From a virus, in IMG/VR virus record IMGVR_UViG_3300036760_000327, positions 32,001 to 96,000 of that record: 64,000 bases of DNA. The stretch is one strand, 5' to 3'. A model generated the notes under the pieces. The model did not search any database, was not told the origin of the DNA, and saw nothing but the letters and a program-made list of their open reading frames with translations. This document shows positions 38,051 through 46,949 of the stretch, one piece after another (positions within the stretch are counted from its first letter, which is position 1; every line of letters starts with the position of its first letter). A program made the position numbers and the translations under genes.

Positions 38051-39289
38051 TTAAGCACATACCATAATCTTTCTTAATGTTCCTCCACCATCTTTTAGGG
38101 TAATAAACCCTGCGAATGCTTCTGCCCCCTTTGCGGTATAAGTTCCAAAACTTAAATACCCTCCTCCCTGTGGGGTAATGACTACATCGCCAGCGTCTGC
38201 CACTTGAATAATAGCTGCTGATATAGCATTATTTAGCAGTTGAAATCCCGACTCCCCGCCTTTTATTCTAAGCCAGGGACCTCCAGTATCTGACCAGATT
38301 GCCCCAGAGTTGCCAGAAGGCATCACAAATTCTAAGAACTTTGCACCTGAAAAGACCAAACCTCCACCAGCATTAAAATAAGACTTGTAGACTCCAACCG
38401 CTGTACCAATCCCCCAAATCATCTGTGCTCCATCATAGCCAACTCCTTCTGGGGTTTCAATAAACAATGCCTTTCGATTAGCTGTAAATTTTTGTAGAAG
38501 ATGATCACTATTAAGGTTGTTCTGTTTTCTTAAGTAGATTCCAACTGGGCCACCAGAGATATTAGTTTGACTCCAATCGTAAATTTGAATTCCATAACCC
38601 GTAAAAAGAGTCGAATTTTCAACAGACCCATTTCTATTCAAATCCACTCCAAGTCCAGTTGGGCTTGACGCAACTGCTCCAGCCTTACCCTTTACACTCA
38701 TATAAATTGTATCAGCTTTCCCTGAATTTGTTAGTCCGATGGCTCCACCCGTATCAATGGCATCAGAATCAAAGTTAATTACAAGTCCCCAAAGAAAACT
38801 ATTTGCATCAACAGTGTCAGTATTTTTAATATTCAAATTGATAAGGGACAAATTCTGTCCTACATTTGGAGTTACAGAAAGCTGAGAAGCATGTTTAATT
38901 AAAACTCCATCACCCTGCAAAGCAGTTGGATTGTCGAACAGAACCCCATCTGCTATTTTGATATTACCTTTTATGGGATGAGAAGTTGATTTTAAATAAA
39001 GATTTTCTCCAGAACCAATTCCGCCATAAAGAGTTTGACCGCCAGAACGACCAATAAGTTTTGCATAATCACTTAGATCTCCGCCCGTACCATCAGTACT
39101 ATGATCATGTTGGGCATTAGTAAAATCATCAATTAAAGGAACTTTAAGAACTTTACGCGATAAAGTTTGTATACTATCCGTATTAACAAAATTCTTGGAT
39201 AAAGAACGTTCTTTATCCATTTGTTCTTTAAACGCTTCTAATACTTTTATTTTTTCTTCTAATAGAGATATTTTATCTTGAATGATCAT
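38051..39289 (-). CDS. Tail fibre/spike protein
   Basis: QTLSRK.L..P.I.DFTNAQHDH, GRSGGQTLYGG, Gly-rich beta repeats. Confidence 0.7.
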   Translation of the reverse strand: MIIQDKISLLEEKIKVLEAFKEQMDKERSLSKNFVNTDSIQTLSRKVLKVPLIDDFTNAQHDHSTDGTGGDLSDYAKLIGRSGGQTLYGGIGSGENLYLKSTSHPIKGNIKIADGVLFDNPTALQGDGVLIKHASQLSVTPNVGQNLSLINLNIKNTDTVDANSFLWGLVINFDSDAIDTGGAIGLTNSGKADTIYMSVKGKAGAVASSPTGLGVDLNRNGSVENSTLFTGYGIQIYDWSQTNISGGPVGIYLRKQNNLNSDHLLQKFTANRKALFIETPEGVGYDGAQMIWGIGTAVGVYKSYFNAGGGLVFSGAKFLEFVMPSGNSGAIWSDTGGPWLRIKGGESGFQLLNNAISAAIIQVADAGDVVITPQGGGYLSFGTYTAKGAEAFAGFITLKDGGGTLRKIMVCA

Positions 39290-39291
39290 AT

Positions 39292-40908
39292 TTAAGAAAC
39301 TAGAGTCCTACCTTTTATAAGAAAATCTAATACAATTTTATGTATAGTTATTAATGCATTTAATTGATTAATTGATAATTTAAATTTAAAAGCTCTTCCA
39401 GGCAATGTAAAATCTAATCGTTTTTCCGCAATATCCTTATCAGCAGCAGTGGATGTAAATGTTATAGTCTTAGCTGCTGTAACGTCGTTCCAATCAGTAT
39501 ATACAGTAAGTGTAATCGTATATTCAGTAGCTCCGCTAGAATCTATGAATGCAGATGTTCTTAATATTCGTTTATTTCGGTCAGGATAGCCAATATCAAT
39601 CCAAGGACTAACCCAATAACTATTTATAGTGGCTCCCAAATCATTTTCACTTTCTCCAAATCTTTGAAGCTTACCATCGTAAGACCCAAATGCCAGAAAA
39701 GTATCCCCAGCGCCACCAGCTTCTCCAACTATCAGAGAATATGTTTCATATGCATTTGGAAAATCTATATACATTAAATTTGCGCCATACAATATGCTCG
39801 ACAAAGATGCTGCACTTACAGACCATTGAGTCCAATTTTTTACTGTTGGATCATAAATATATATTTTATTTTTCCGTTCGGATGAGCCCTCGGCTATGTT
39901 AAAGAAAATTTGTCCTTTCGTGTCAAAATTATCAGCTTCAAAAACGTGTATTTTGGATGAATTCATACGTTCTACCAATCGTTCGATCTTATCAGAAATC
40001 CTATAGGGAGGACTTGTACCATCGAAGGCATAAAATCCATCCGCCCCAATAAAATATAAAACTCCATCTTTTTCACATATGGCATTTGGTCCAACGCAAC
40101 CTACAGAATTATCTATCTTTTCCCAATCAAAAATTTGTGTTCCTCCCACATATTTAATGACATACGTTTTATATTTTTTAAACACGACAATTACATTTTT
40201 TAAAAGCCACATGGCTGTAATTACATCGCCTTCTTCACTATCTAAATCCATATAATTTGCGGCTGGCCATGTATCTTGATTTAAAGCATCATTCCATACC
40301 ACTCGATATCGGTATCGTATCCCGCCCACTAATACATTACCAGCAAATAAGTACGATCCCCACGCAGCAACTGTTTTTGCTCCAGAAGGATTGCCTGTTC
40401 CTAATATTGGAGCAATATAATCTCCTCCTGTATATACGGCCAGCGGAAGATTACCACCATAAGCCATTACCGCAGACCCTGCATAAGCCGTTATATCAAT
40501 CATATTATCAATTGACGGCGCCCAATTACTTAAAGCAGAACCTGACGCGGATACAGAAGCAAAAGTAGCCGAACCACCGGATACGGTTACTGTAGCAATA
40601 GCAGCAGATGCGGCGCCAGAAGTACATGAAAATACTAATGTAAATTCATTTGTGGATGCGCTCTGCCATTGATATATTCTAGTAATGGCAGAATCTTTCC
40701 ATGCGGTAGAATTTAAATTCTCTCTGCCTTGCATTTTATTTAATGCACCGCGAGTATAAAAATCCATGGCATTTATATCAGTAGCCGGACAGTCGGATAA
40801 ACGTACTTCTTGGCTACTAATACCTGGTTTAATATTAGCCAATCCCATACGAGTTATCGTATTTTCATCAACTAAACCTTGAGAGAATCCTTCAATAATT
40901 AATTTCAT
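39292..40908 (-). CDS. Tail nozzle/stabilisation protein (P22 gp10 / T7 gp12-like)
   Basis: Beta-propeller-like segments GDVITAM, VVFKK, VGCVGPNAI, YFIGADGFYAFDG, ISDKI. Confidence 0.7.
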   Translation of the reverse strand: MKLIIEGFSQGLVDENTITRMGLANIKPGISSQEVRLSDCPATDINAMDFYTRGALNKMQGRENLNSTAWKDSAITRIYQWQSASTNEFTLVFSCTSGAASAAIATVTVSGGSATFASVSASGSALSNWAPSIDNMIDITAYAGSAVMAYGGNLPLAVYTGGDYIAPILGTGNPSGAKTVAAWGSYLFAGNVLVGGIRYRYRVVWNDALNQDTWPAANYMDLDSEEGDVITAMWLLKNVIVVFKKYKTYVIKYVGGTQIFDWEKIDNSVGCVGPNAICEKDGVLYFIGADGFYAFDGTSPPYRISDKIERLVERMNSSKIHVFEADNFDTKGQIFFNIAEGSSERKNKIYIYDPTVKNWTQWSVSAASLSSILYGANLMYIDFPNAYETYSLIVGEAGGAGDTFLAFGSYDGKLQRFGESENDLGATINSYWVSPWIDIGYPDRNKRILRTSAFIDSSGATEYTITLTVYTDWNDVTAAKTITFTSTAADKDIAEKRLDFTLPGRAFKFKLSINQLNALITIHKIVLDFLIKGRTLVS

Positions 40909-40912
40909 AAAA

Positions 40913-42409
40913 TTACAGACAATCTACTGGCAAACGATGAATAGCCAAATAAGTAAATTGAGATGCCCCATAAAGTGTATCATCTATCATTGTTTTTGTA
41001 TAAGCAATTTTAATAGTATCTCCAGCAGATAAAAATATAATTGAAAAAATACTTCCTACTTGGTAAGATGCTATTCCAGGTTCTTTAATAGGACAATAAG
41101 TAGATTGATATAAATTATTATTCTTATAAATATGGACACCAATTACAGGTCTAGCAGGATACCAACTTAATGTCATATAACACTGGCTTATATCTGCCGA
41201 GCATCCAGTTGTTCCTTGCGCTGCCGTATAACCAAATCCTTGAATTCCCGATACTCCAGCAGCCGTCCATGGCAATCCAGTAGTCGGATCGTTTGCCCAT
41301 GTCTGATCATAATCTACAAAGGCAGTTGTCAATAAAGTTGTATCTCCAAAATAGTTAGTATTACTTTTGCGTAACACAGCCGCCGGTCTGGTGGTATCTT
41401 CGGAATAACAAACTTGATCACACGAGCATCCAGCAGAACCGTATACTGTAGCATTACAAGTACAACTAAAGGTATAGCATGTAAAATTACAAGAACATGC
41501 AGAGTAGCCATAACAAGTATTATTACAAGTACAACCACCGTAACCGTCCTGTGCATAACATGTATTATTACAGGAACATGCAGAATATCCATAACATGTA
41601 TTATAACAAGTACAACTTTCCCCGTAGCATGTATTGTTGCACGTACAACCTTCACCATAGCATGAAATATTACAAACGCATCCTCGTCGTCTGCTTCTAA
41701 ATCTTACGGATACATAAGTAGCCCCAGAATCTCCTGGTAACGTTGGCAGCGCACCACTAAACGTATCTGTGCTTCCGCTGGTTTGCGTAACATTTAAATC
41801 TGTATCAATAGCTGTTGGATATTCATCAATATTTTGATAATTTTCGGCCGCGCCACTTGGCGACCATGAATATGTGCCTAATCGTCCTGTTGCGGATGTA
41901 ATTCCTGTATCCGTTTGAGTTCCAGAGGCAACCATTGAAGCTTGCGCAATAACTATATAATATCCCGACGCCTTTGCCGTAAATATTCCTGTAGCATTAT
42001 CATATTCATTTAAAGTATCATAATCTTCGGTATCATAAATTAAGGTCTGAGCTGATGCGCCGGCTGTTACACTAGCGCCGCTAGACGCGTAAGCTCGTAC
42101 CCGTGACCAATAATTTGATCCTATATCATTCCAGGATGCGCCATCATATCTGCGTAATATCCCGACAGTTGTATCATATGAAAGCGCTCCAGATAGTGGG
42201 GAAGAACCCGTTAATTCGGCGGTTGTCCCTTCACCCACAATGCCTACAATTCCCAATTGATGCGCTCCTGATGTTGTATTCATTGACAAAGGACTATAAT
42301 GCTCTAATTCATACGCATCTTCAATTGCATCCAGATTGTCTTGTACAACCGCAGGTATATCTTTTATTTTATGTTCTGAATTTGGAAAAGTTTTTTGCCA
42401 ACTTCCCAT
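40913..42409 (-). CDS. C1q-like tail-associated protein with an inserted Cys/Tyr repeat cassette
   Basis: C1q-like strands (YDTEDYD..NEYDNATGIFTA..SGYY; IFLSAGDTI; YLAIHRL). N-terminus shared with two paralogs. Eight Cys repeats. Confidence 0.7.
   Translation of the reverse strand: MGSWQKTFPNSEHKIKDIPAVVQDNLDAIEDAYELEHYSPLSMNTTSGAHQLGIVGIVGEGTTAELTGSSPLSGALSYDTTVGILRRYDGASWNDIGSNYWSRVRAYASSGASVTAGASAQTLIYDTEDYDTLNEYDNATGIFTAKASGYYIVIAQASMVASGTQTDTGITSATGRLGTYSWSPSGAAENYQNIDEYPTAIDTDLNVTQTSGSTDTFSGALPTLPGDSGATYVSVRFRSRRRGCVCNISCYGEGCTCNNTCYGESCTCYNTCYGYSACSCNNTCYAQDGYGGCTCNNTCYGYSACSCNFTCYTFSCTCNATVYGSAGCSCDQVCYSEDTTRPAAVLRKSNTNYFGDTTLLTTAFVDYDQTWANDPTTGLPWTAAGVSGIQGFGYTAAQGTTGCSADISQCYMTLSWYPARPVIGVHIYKNNNLYQSTYCPIKEPGIASYQVGSIFSIIFLSAGDTIKIAYTKTMIDDTLYGASQFTYLAIHRLPVDCL
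41405..41680 (-). repeat. Eight tandem peptide repeats C-x-C-[N/D/Y]-x-x-C-Y (92 aa, 23 Cys)
   Basis: CVCNISCYGEG/CTCNNTCYGES/CTCYNTCYGYSA/CSCNNTCYAQDGYGG/CTCNNTCYGYSA/CSCNFTCYTFS/CTCNATVYGSAG/CSCDQVCY. Confidence 0.95.
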
Positions 42410-42417
42410 ATATTTCC

Positions 42418-43137
42418 TTACGACAGGCGATAAATGTGAATAAAATTTCTATCGCTGCCGCCTTCTAAGACAATACTTGTAGTTCTATTATGCCAAACCC
42501 AAGTTTTAATTTTATCCCCAGCCGACAAAGAGAATAAAACCGTGGTGCCTGTTGAAATCTCATCTGCTGATAATGTATATTTTAAATATGTACTATTATT
42601 AATTAATGCATCACTTGAATTATATTGCGCTATTTGTACTCCTATTTCAATTCCTCCAATAGCCGTAAAACTTGCCACTAGTCTAACATAGTAAAATCCA
42701 GCGGTTTTAGCAACAAAAACATAAGATGAAGCATCGTATTCACTTAATGTATCAAATTGTTCTGTATCAAAGGGTATAACTGCCGTAGTTCCGGTTGTGA
42801 CTAAATAATCAGTATTTCGATACGCGCTTACTTGACTATGCGCCAATAAATTAATCTGCTGCCAAGTACTGCCATCATATACTTTATGCATTCCTAAAGT
42901 CGTATCTTGATATAACGCTCCCGTGGCGGGTAGTGTTACTGCCGTTATAGCTGATGTTGCTGCTGATCCCATTGCTGGAGTTATACCAGGTTTATGTCTG
43001 CCAGAGAGTACATCAGTAAAAGTATAATGTTCTACGCCTAGAATATTCTCTATTGCGTTCCAATTATCGCCATATATTGTAGGAATATCTACAATATAAG
43101 ATCCAGTAACTGGGACTGTCTTTGACCAACCACCCAT
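42418..43137 (-). CDS. C1q-like tail-associated protein (paralog 2)
   Basis: MGGWSK..P...DNWNAIE...EH; IPFDTEQFD...YD...F.A..AGFY; LSAGDKI. Confidence 0.7.
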   Translation of the reverse strand: MGGWSKTVPVTGSYIVDIPTIYGDNWNAIENILGVEHYTFTDVLSGRHKPGITPAMGSAATSAITAVTLPATGALYQDTTLGMHKVYDGSTWQQINLLAHSQVSAYRNTDYLVTTGTTAVIPFDTEQFDTLSEYDASSYVFVAKTAGFYYVRLVASFTAIGGIEIGVQIAQYNSSDALINNSTYLKYTLSADEISTGTTVLFSLSAGDKIKTWVWHNRTTSIVLEGGSDRNFIHIYRLS

Positions 43138-43139
43138 TC

Positions 43140-43853
43140 CTAGCTTAACCTCATGATATGGATATTCCCGCCCACAATATCAACTGAAGATGTGTGTTCA
43201 TGATAACATGCTAATACTATATAATCTCCAGCAGCTAAGGATAAAATATCATTGACTTCAGTAGTAACTATTGACGCACCATGAAGAACAGATTTCGTAG
43301 TTAAAACACCGTTTTTGCCAATACCAACACCTTTTGTATAATTATCAGTCGTTACGGGAAATTTCGCCGCGCCTTTAACAAAATATGTCCCAGCCTGTGT
43401 GGCCGTAAATCGAAATGTAGTTGCATTCCATTCTCCAAGTGTGTCATAAGTGCCTGAAACAGTTGCCGAAGAGGCGCTCATAGTAGTCCATGCTGTCGTA
43501 GGAATAGTTTGGGTTCCAAATCCCTGTCGGATTCTAGAATATTTATTACTAGTTAACCGCACCCAACTAGTTCCGTTATACCGCAAAAGCTGGCCATTAG
43601 TTGTATCATATCCTATTGCTCCAGTGCCTGGCGATGTTAAAGCTGTAATGGCAGAATTAGCCGCGGTTATAAGAACTCCAAACTTGCCAAAAGTATGAGT
43701 GCCACTACCACCACTAGTAAAAGTACTATGCTCTACGTTCCACCAATCTTCTAGAGCCTCCCAATTATCCCTAACATTTTCGGTAGGATCTGTATGAGCA
43801 GAGCCACTTACTGAAGTGCTTGCTAAAGGAAAAAGCTTATTCCATCCCGACAT
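43140..43853 (-). CDS. C1q-like tail-associated protein (paralog 1)
   Basis: MSGWNK..P...DNWEALE...EH; YDTLGEWN...FTATQAGTY; LAAGDYI. Confidence 0.7.
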   Translation of the reverse strand: MSGWNKLFPLASTSVSGSAHTDPTENVRDNWEALEDWWNVEHSTFTSGGSGTHTFGKFGVLITAANSAITALTSPGTGAIGYDTTNGQLLRYNGTSWVRLTSNKYSRIRQGFGTQTIPTTAWTTMSASSATVSGTYDTLGEWNATTFRFTATQAGTYFVKGAAKFPVTTDNYTKGVGIGKNGVLTTKSVLHGASIVTTEVNDILSLAAGDYIVLACYHEHTSSVDIVGGNIHIMRLS

Positions 43854-44820
43854 ATCTATCCTTAATTTTTATTAACTTAGGAAATAACTTTTTAAATTCA
43901 TTACAAAATGGAGTTTTTTTATCGTATGTACCATATGCTAACTTACGCGTGTAAGGACAACCAGCCTGGCAAAGAGTGATCCACTCGCAACCTTGACATT
44001 CAAGAATATTTTTTGCACTCCAACGTTGGTGCATCTTTAATTCTTTCCAGTGTTTGTGTGTATAAATTGAACCTATTTTTGTATCTAAATCTGCATTGCA
44101 ACTTCTTAATGTTCCATCTGGATCAATAACAGCAAGCCATTTACCACAACTGTAACAATTTTTAGGACTCTGCCATGTTGGATAGGTTGACTCGATGATC
44201 CAGTTCGGCCACATTGGTTTTGGTGCTGTAAGTATTAAATCTAAAACTTTATCCATTTGCCTTCCATATTCTTTAACATATTCAGGATCTTTTCCTCCAT
44301 TATATAAACGATTTATCCGAATATGTCCATTATGTTTAATAATTAATTTTGTAAGATCTACAATACGAGGCAGATTCATTTCATCCAGAACTACTGCCAA
44401 ACTACATCCGTGACAAAAGTACTTAATATATTCGATCTTTTTTTCTACAATATCCAAATTATCATAAGTAGGATTTAACATGATATAAATCTGATGCTTT
44501 TTGCATTCCTTAAGGACATCCTCTGACAAATAATCTCCGTTAGTAAATACTAAAAATTGCCCATCTAGATATGCTTTAACATGTTCAGGCAACCTTGCCT
44601 GCAATGCATTGATAAAAAAGAAAACAGTATCAATGGCTATAAATGGTTCACCTCCTAAGAAATTAACTCTTAGGGATTTAACGTTTTCCTCTTTACATAT
44701 ATCCACTATCCAGTTCGCACTATCCAGCGCAACTTGAGGAGACATCGCGCTTTCACCGTGTGGCCAATAACAATATGGACACACACGATTACAATTATTT
44801 GTAATATAAACAAAAATCAT
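43837..44820 (-). CDS. Radical SAM/SPASM-domain enzyme
   Basis: CNRVCPYC, FLGGEP, TNG; SPASM cysteines CYSCG...RSC...CQGC..ITLCQAGCP...FC. Confidence 0.9.
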   Translation of the reverse strand: MIFVYITNNCNRVCPYCYWPHGESAMSPQVALDSANWIVDICKEENVKSLRVNFLGGEPFIAIDTVFFFINALQARLPEHVKAYLDGQFLVFTNGDYLSEDVLKECKKHQIYIMLNPTYDNLDIVEKKIEYIKYFCHGCSLAVVLDEMNLPRIVDLTKLIIKHNGHIRINRLYNGGKDPEYVKEYGRQMDKVLDLILTAPKPMWPNWIIESTYPTWQSPKNCYSCGKWLAVIDPDGTLRSCNADLDTKIGSIYTHKHWKELKMHQRWSAKNILECQGCEWITLCQAGCPYTRKLAYGTYDKKTPFCNEFKKLFPKLIKIKDRYVGME

Positions 44821-45521
44821 TAAAGCGTCGATTGAAAATCCCTCACTTGCTGTGCGGCCTTATTCATCTCTGACAGCCACTGTTCAATCTTATTTTCAGA
44901 ACGACCAGGAACAGCCATCATATATTTTTTTAAATCCATATTTTTATATATATCGCCATTTATTTCGATTAAAATATAAGGATAACTCAAAACATTAAAC
45001 CTTTTTTTAATTAGAATATATTTTTGGACATTTATCCCGTCGCTTTCAAATCTTGGACTAGCGCATGTAAGCATATCTCTATTGATTGCGTCCATAAAAA
45101 ATTCTGAGTTATTTTTAACCGGCACATAACAATATAAATTATTACCCATGCCAGACATAAAAATAATATGTAATAGATCAGCTATCGCATATCTAGAATA
45201 TTTTGTATGAATATACTCTTTCCGCACTAATTTAAAATAATAAAAATCGTTATTAGAATAACCATCGGGATTGTCTAAAAATTCCATAAGTACGATACTA
45301 CAAATATTAGAATCATTCTTTTTTACTCTAACACAATATTGCCTGCTCATTCTTTTACCCTTAGGAATATATCCCCCAATTTTATTAAGAACTATTTGGC
45401 ACGGGTCATGTTCAAAATAATATTTGACTTTATTACTTTCTTTTTCAGGAATATCGTGTATATCTATATAATGAACTCCTGTCATATAACATCCACCAGG
45501 AGGTAATAACCTATCATACAT
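44820..45521 (-). CDS. Hypothetical protein, possibly GNAT-like fold
   Basis: KLVRKEYIHTKYSRYAIADLL weakly resembles GNAT motif A. Confidence 0.4.
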   Translation of the reverse strand: MYDRLLPPGGCYMTGVHYIDIHDIPEKESNKVKYYFEHDPCQIVLNKIGGYIPKGKRMSRQYCVRVKKNDSNICSIVLMEFLDNPDGYSNNDFYYFKLVRKEYIHTKYSRYAIADLLHIIFMSGMGNNLYCYVPVKNNSEFFMDAINRDMLTCASPRFESDGINVQKYILIKKRFNVLSYPYILIEINGDIYKNMDLKKYMMAVPGRSENKIEQWLSEMNKAAQQVRDFQSTL

Positions 45522-46149
45522 AAAATTTATATTTCCTGCATGTTCCTAGATCTATAATTTGATTTGGTATAGGCATATTTGAATCCGTATAATTAACTGG
45601 CAATATTTGATATATTTCTTTCTTATTTAAGTAATTAAAACAAAAGGTTAAAAATTCTTTACTGCATTCTTGCATAATATTATCATTTCTTAGAGTTACT
45701 GGGCGATACCACAAAGCCTTGTCTCGATAATGAAATAAAATTTCCTTTGAAACCGCCTGCCCATCATAAATAATATACCAAGAATCTGCTGCATCATAAA
45801 CAACATCATCAACTAAAAAAGATAACAAATAATCCGTAGACGCGTGATCTTCTTTAAAATCCATTCTAGTTTGTCTGCTGGCCGCTACAAAACTCAATAT
45901 CTCTATGTTCCCGTTTTTATATCTTATATTTGGAACTTCCGTATCTATTGTAATTTGACCCGAAACATATCTTTTAATCATATCCTCAATAGAATAATTA
46001 TCTAGAGATAAGGCAGTATATTTATTAACTAATTCAATCCAAGGAGTAATTGTAATTAAACTAATATTATCTTCTTCCAATGCAGGAATAGGATAATTAA
46101 TATTTTTTCTTAGACGTAACGAATTAGCAAATGGATAAAGTCTTGGCAT
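45514..46149 (-). CDS. Hypothetical protein, possibly GNAT-like C-terminus
   Basis: ECSKEFLTFCFNYLNKKEIY resembles the RimJ/L-type helix; weak match. Confidence 0.35.
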   Translation of the reverse strand: MPRLYPFANSLRLRKNINYPIPALEEDNISLITITPWIELVNKYTALSLDNYSIEDMIKRYVSGQITIDTEVPNIRYKNGNIEILSFVAASRQTRMDFKEDHASTDYLLSFLVDDVVYDAADSWYIIYDGQAVSKEILFHYRDKALWYRPVTLRNDNIMQECSKEFLTFCFNYLNKKEIYQILPVNYTDSNMPIPNQIIDLGTCRKYKFYV

Positions 46150-46154
46150 AATTT

Positions 46155-46949
46155 TTAATTATAATAATCAACCTCTTCAACAATTGATGTTCCACGATCT
46201 GTCAAAAACTCGAATAGTACCATTTCCAGTCGTCCTGGTACCATTCCTCCTTCATATACTGCAACAGCTTTTATATTCCAAGGTTTACTACTATAAGCAC
46301 TATTTAACTCGGCTATCAAATCATGATTTTTACCAGGTTTAAAATAAGGTTTTGCGCCATCTATAACAGAACGTAACCGATTAATATGTGCATTACAAAA
46401 AGATGGCAAATAATCAAGAGAACCTTGTTCTTTAATTTTATTCTCTTTATTTTTAATTATTTTAGAATAAATTTTTACTTCCGGACCGCCGATCAATTTC
46501 CGAACTGAATTTTGAAAGAACGATACTAATTCTGGACCTCTTACATATACATCGCTTCTGGAAATGGTTGAATGTGTAAAAGCAAATAATCCCATTAAAA
46601 GTACGGTAGCTCTCCATTTATATTCGTCTAAAAGTAAGGCATCATTATAAAGCGACACTAGAGCACTAGCCTTTTTGTACATAGCCGCTCTTTGTGGTTC
46701 TGGAATTGGTTGAACATTTACTTCTTCCATTGGAACATTTATTTTATTAATATCCTTATACATTTTTGGCGATACTGGTTGAGGAATAAACGGGCCCCCA
46801 TGCGTGAGGTGTTGCCTCCAATTTCTTGCATCCTTAATAACTTTAATAATTGGATTGCCTGGAAATTCCTTAGCAAAATTAATTACTTGTAAATGTCCAT
46901 TATGTAATCCTGATACATGATCTGCTATAGGTATTATTACTCTGCTCAT
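46155..46949 (-). CDS. HxGH nucleotidyltransferase-superfamily protein, divergent pantothenate-synthetase-like
   Basis: SGLHNGHLQVINFAKE near the N-terminus. Length and C-terminal GRLE are reminiscent of PanC. Confidence 0.5.
   Translation of the reverse strand: MSRVIIPIADHVSGLHNGHLQVINFAKEFPGNPIIKVIKDARNWRQHLTHGGPFIPQPVSPKMYKDINKINVPMEEVNVQPIPEPQRAAMYKKASALVSLYNDALLLDEYKWRATVLLMGLFAFTHSTISRSDVYVRGPELVSFFQNSVRKLIGGPEVKIYSKIIKNKENKIKEQGSLDYLPSFCNAHINRLRSVIDGAKPYFKPGKNHDLIAELNSAYSSKPWNIKAVAVYEGGMVPGRLEMVLFEFLTDRGTSIVEEVDYYN

Noticed and set aside
41405-41680. Cys repeats as a CRISPR array or a DGR template/variable repeat
   Set aside because: The units vary at synonymous positions and conserve the peptide, not the DNA. 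There are no spacers, cas genes or reverse transcriptase in the window.
41329-41700. Alternative-frame and antisense ORFs over the repeat (41329-41658, 41414-41665, 41497-41700)
   Set aside because: They are shadows of the repetitive coding frame and have no RBS.
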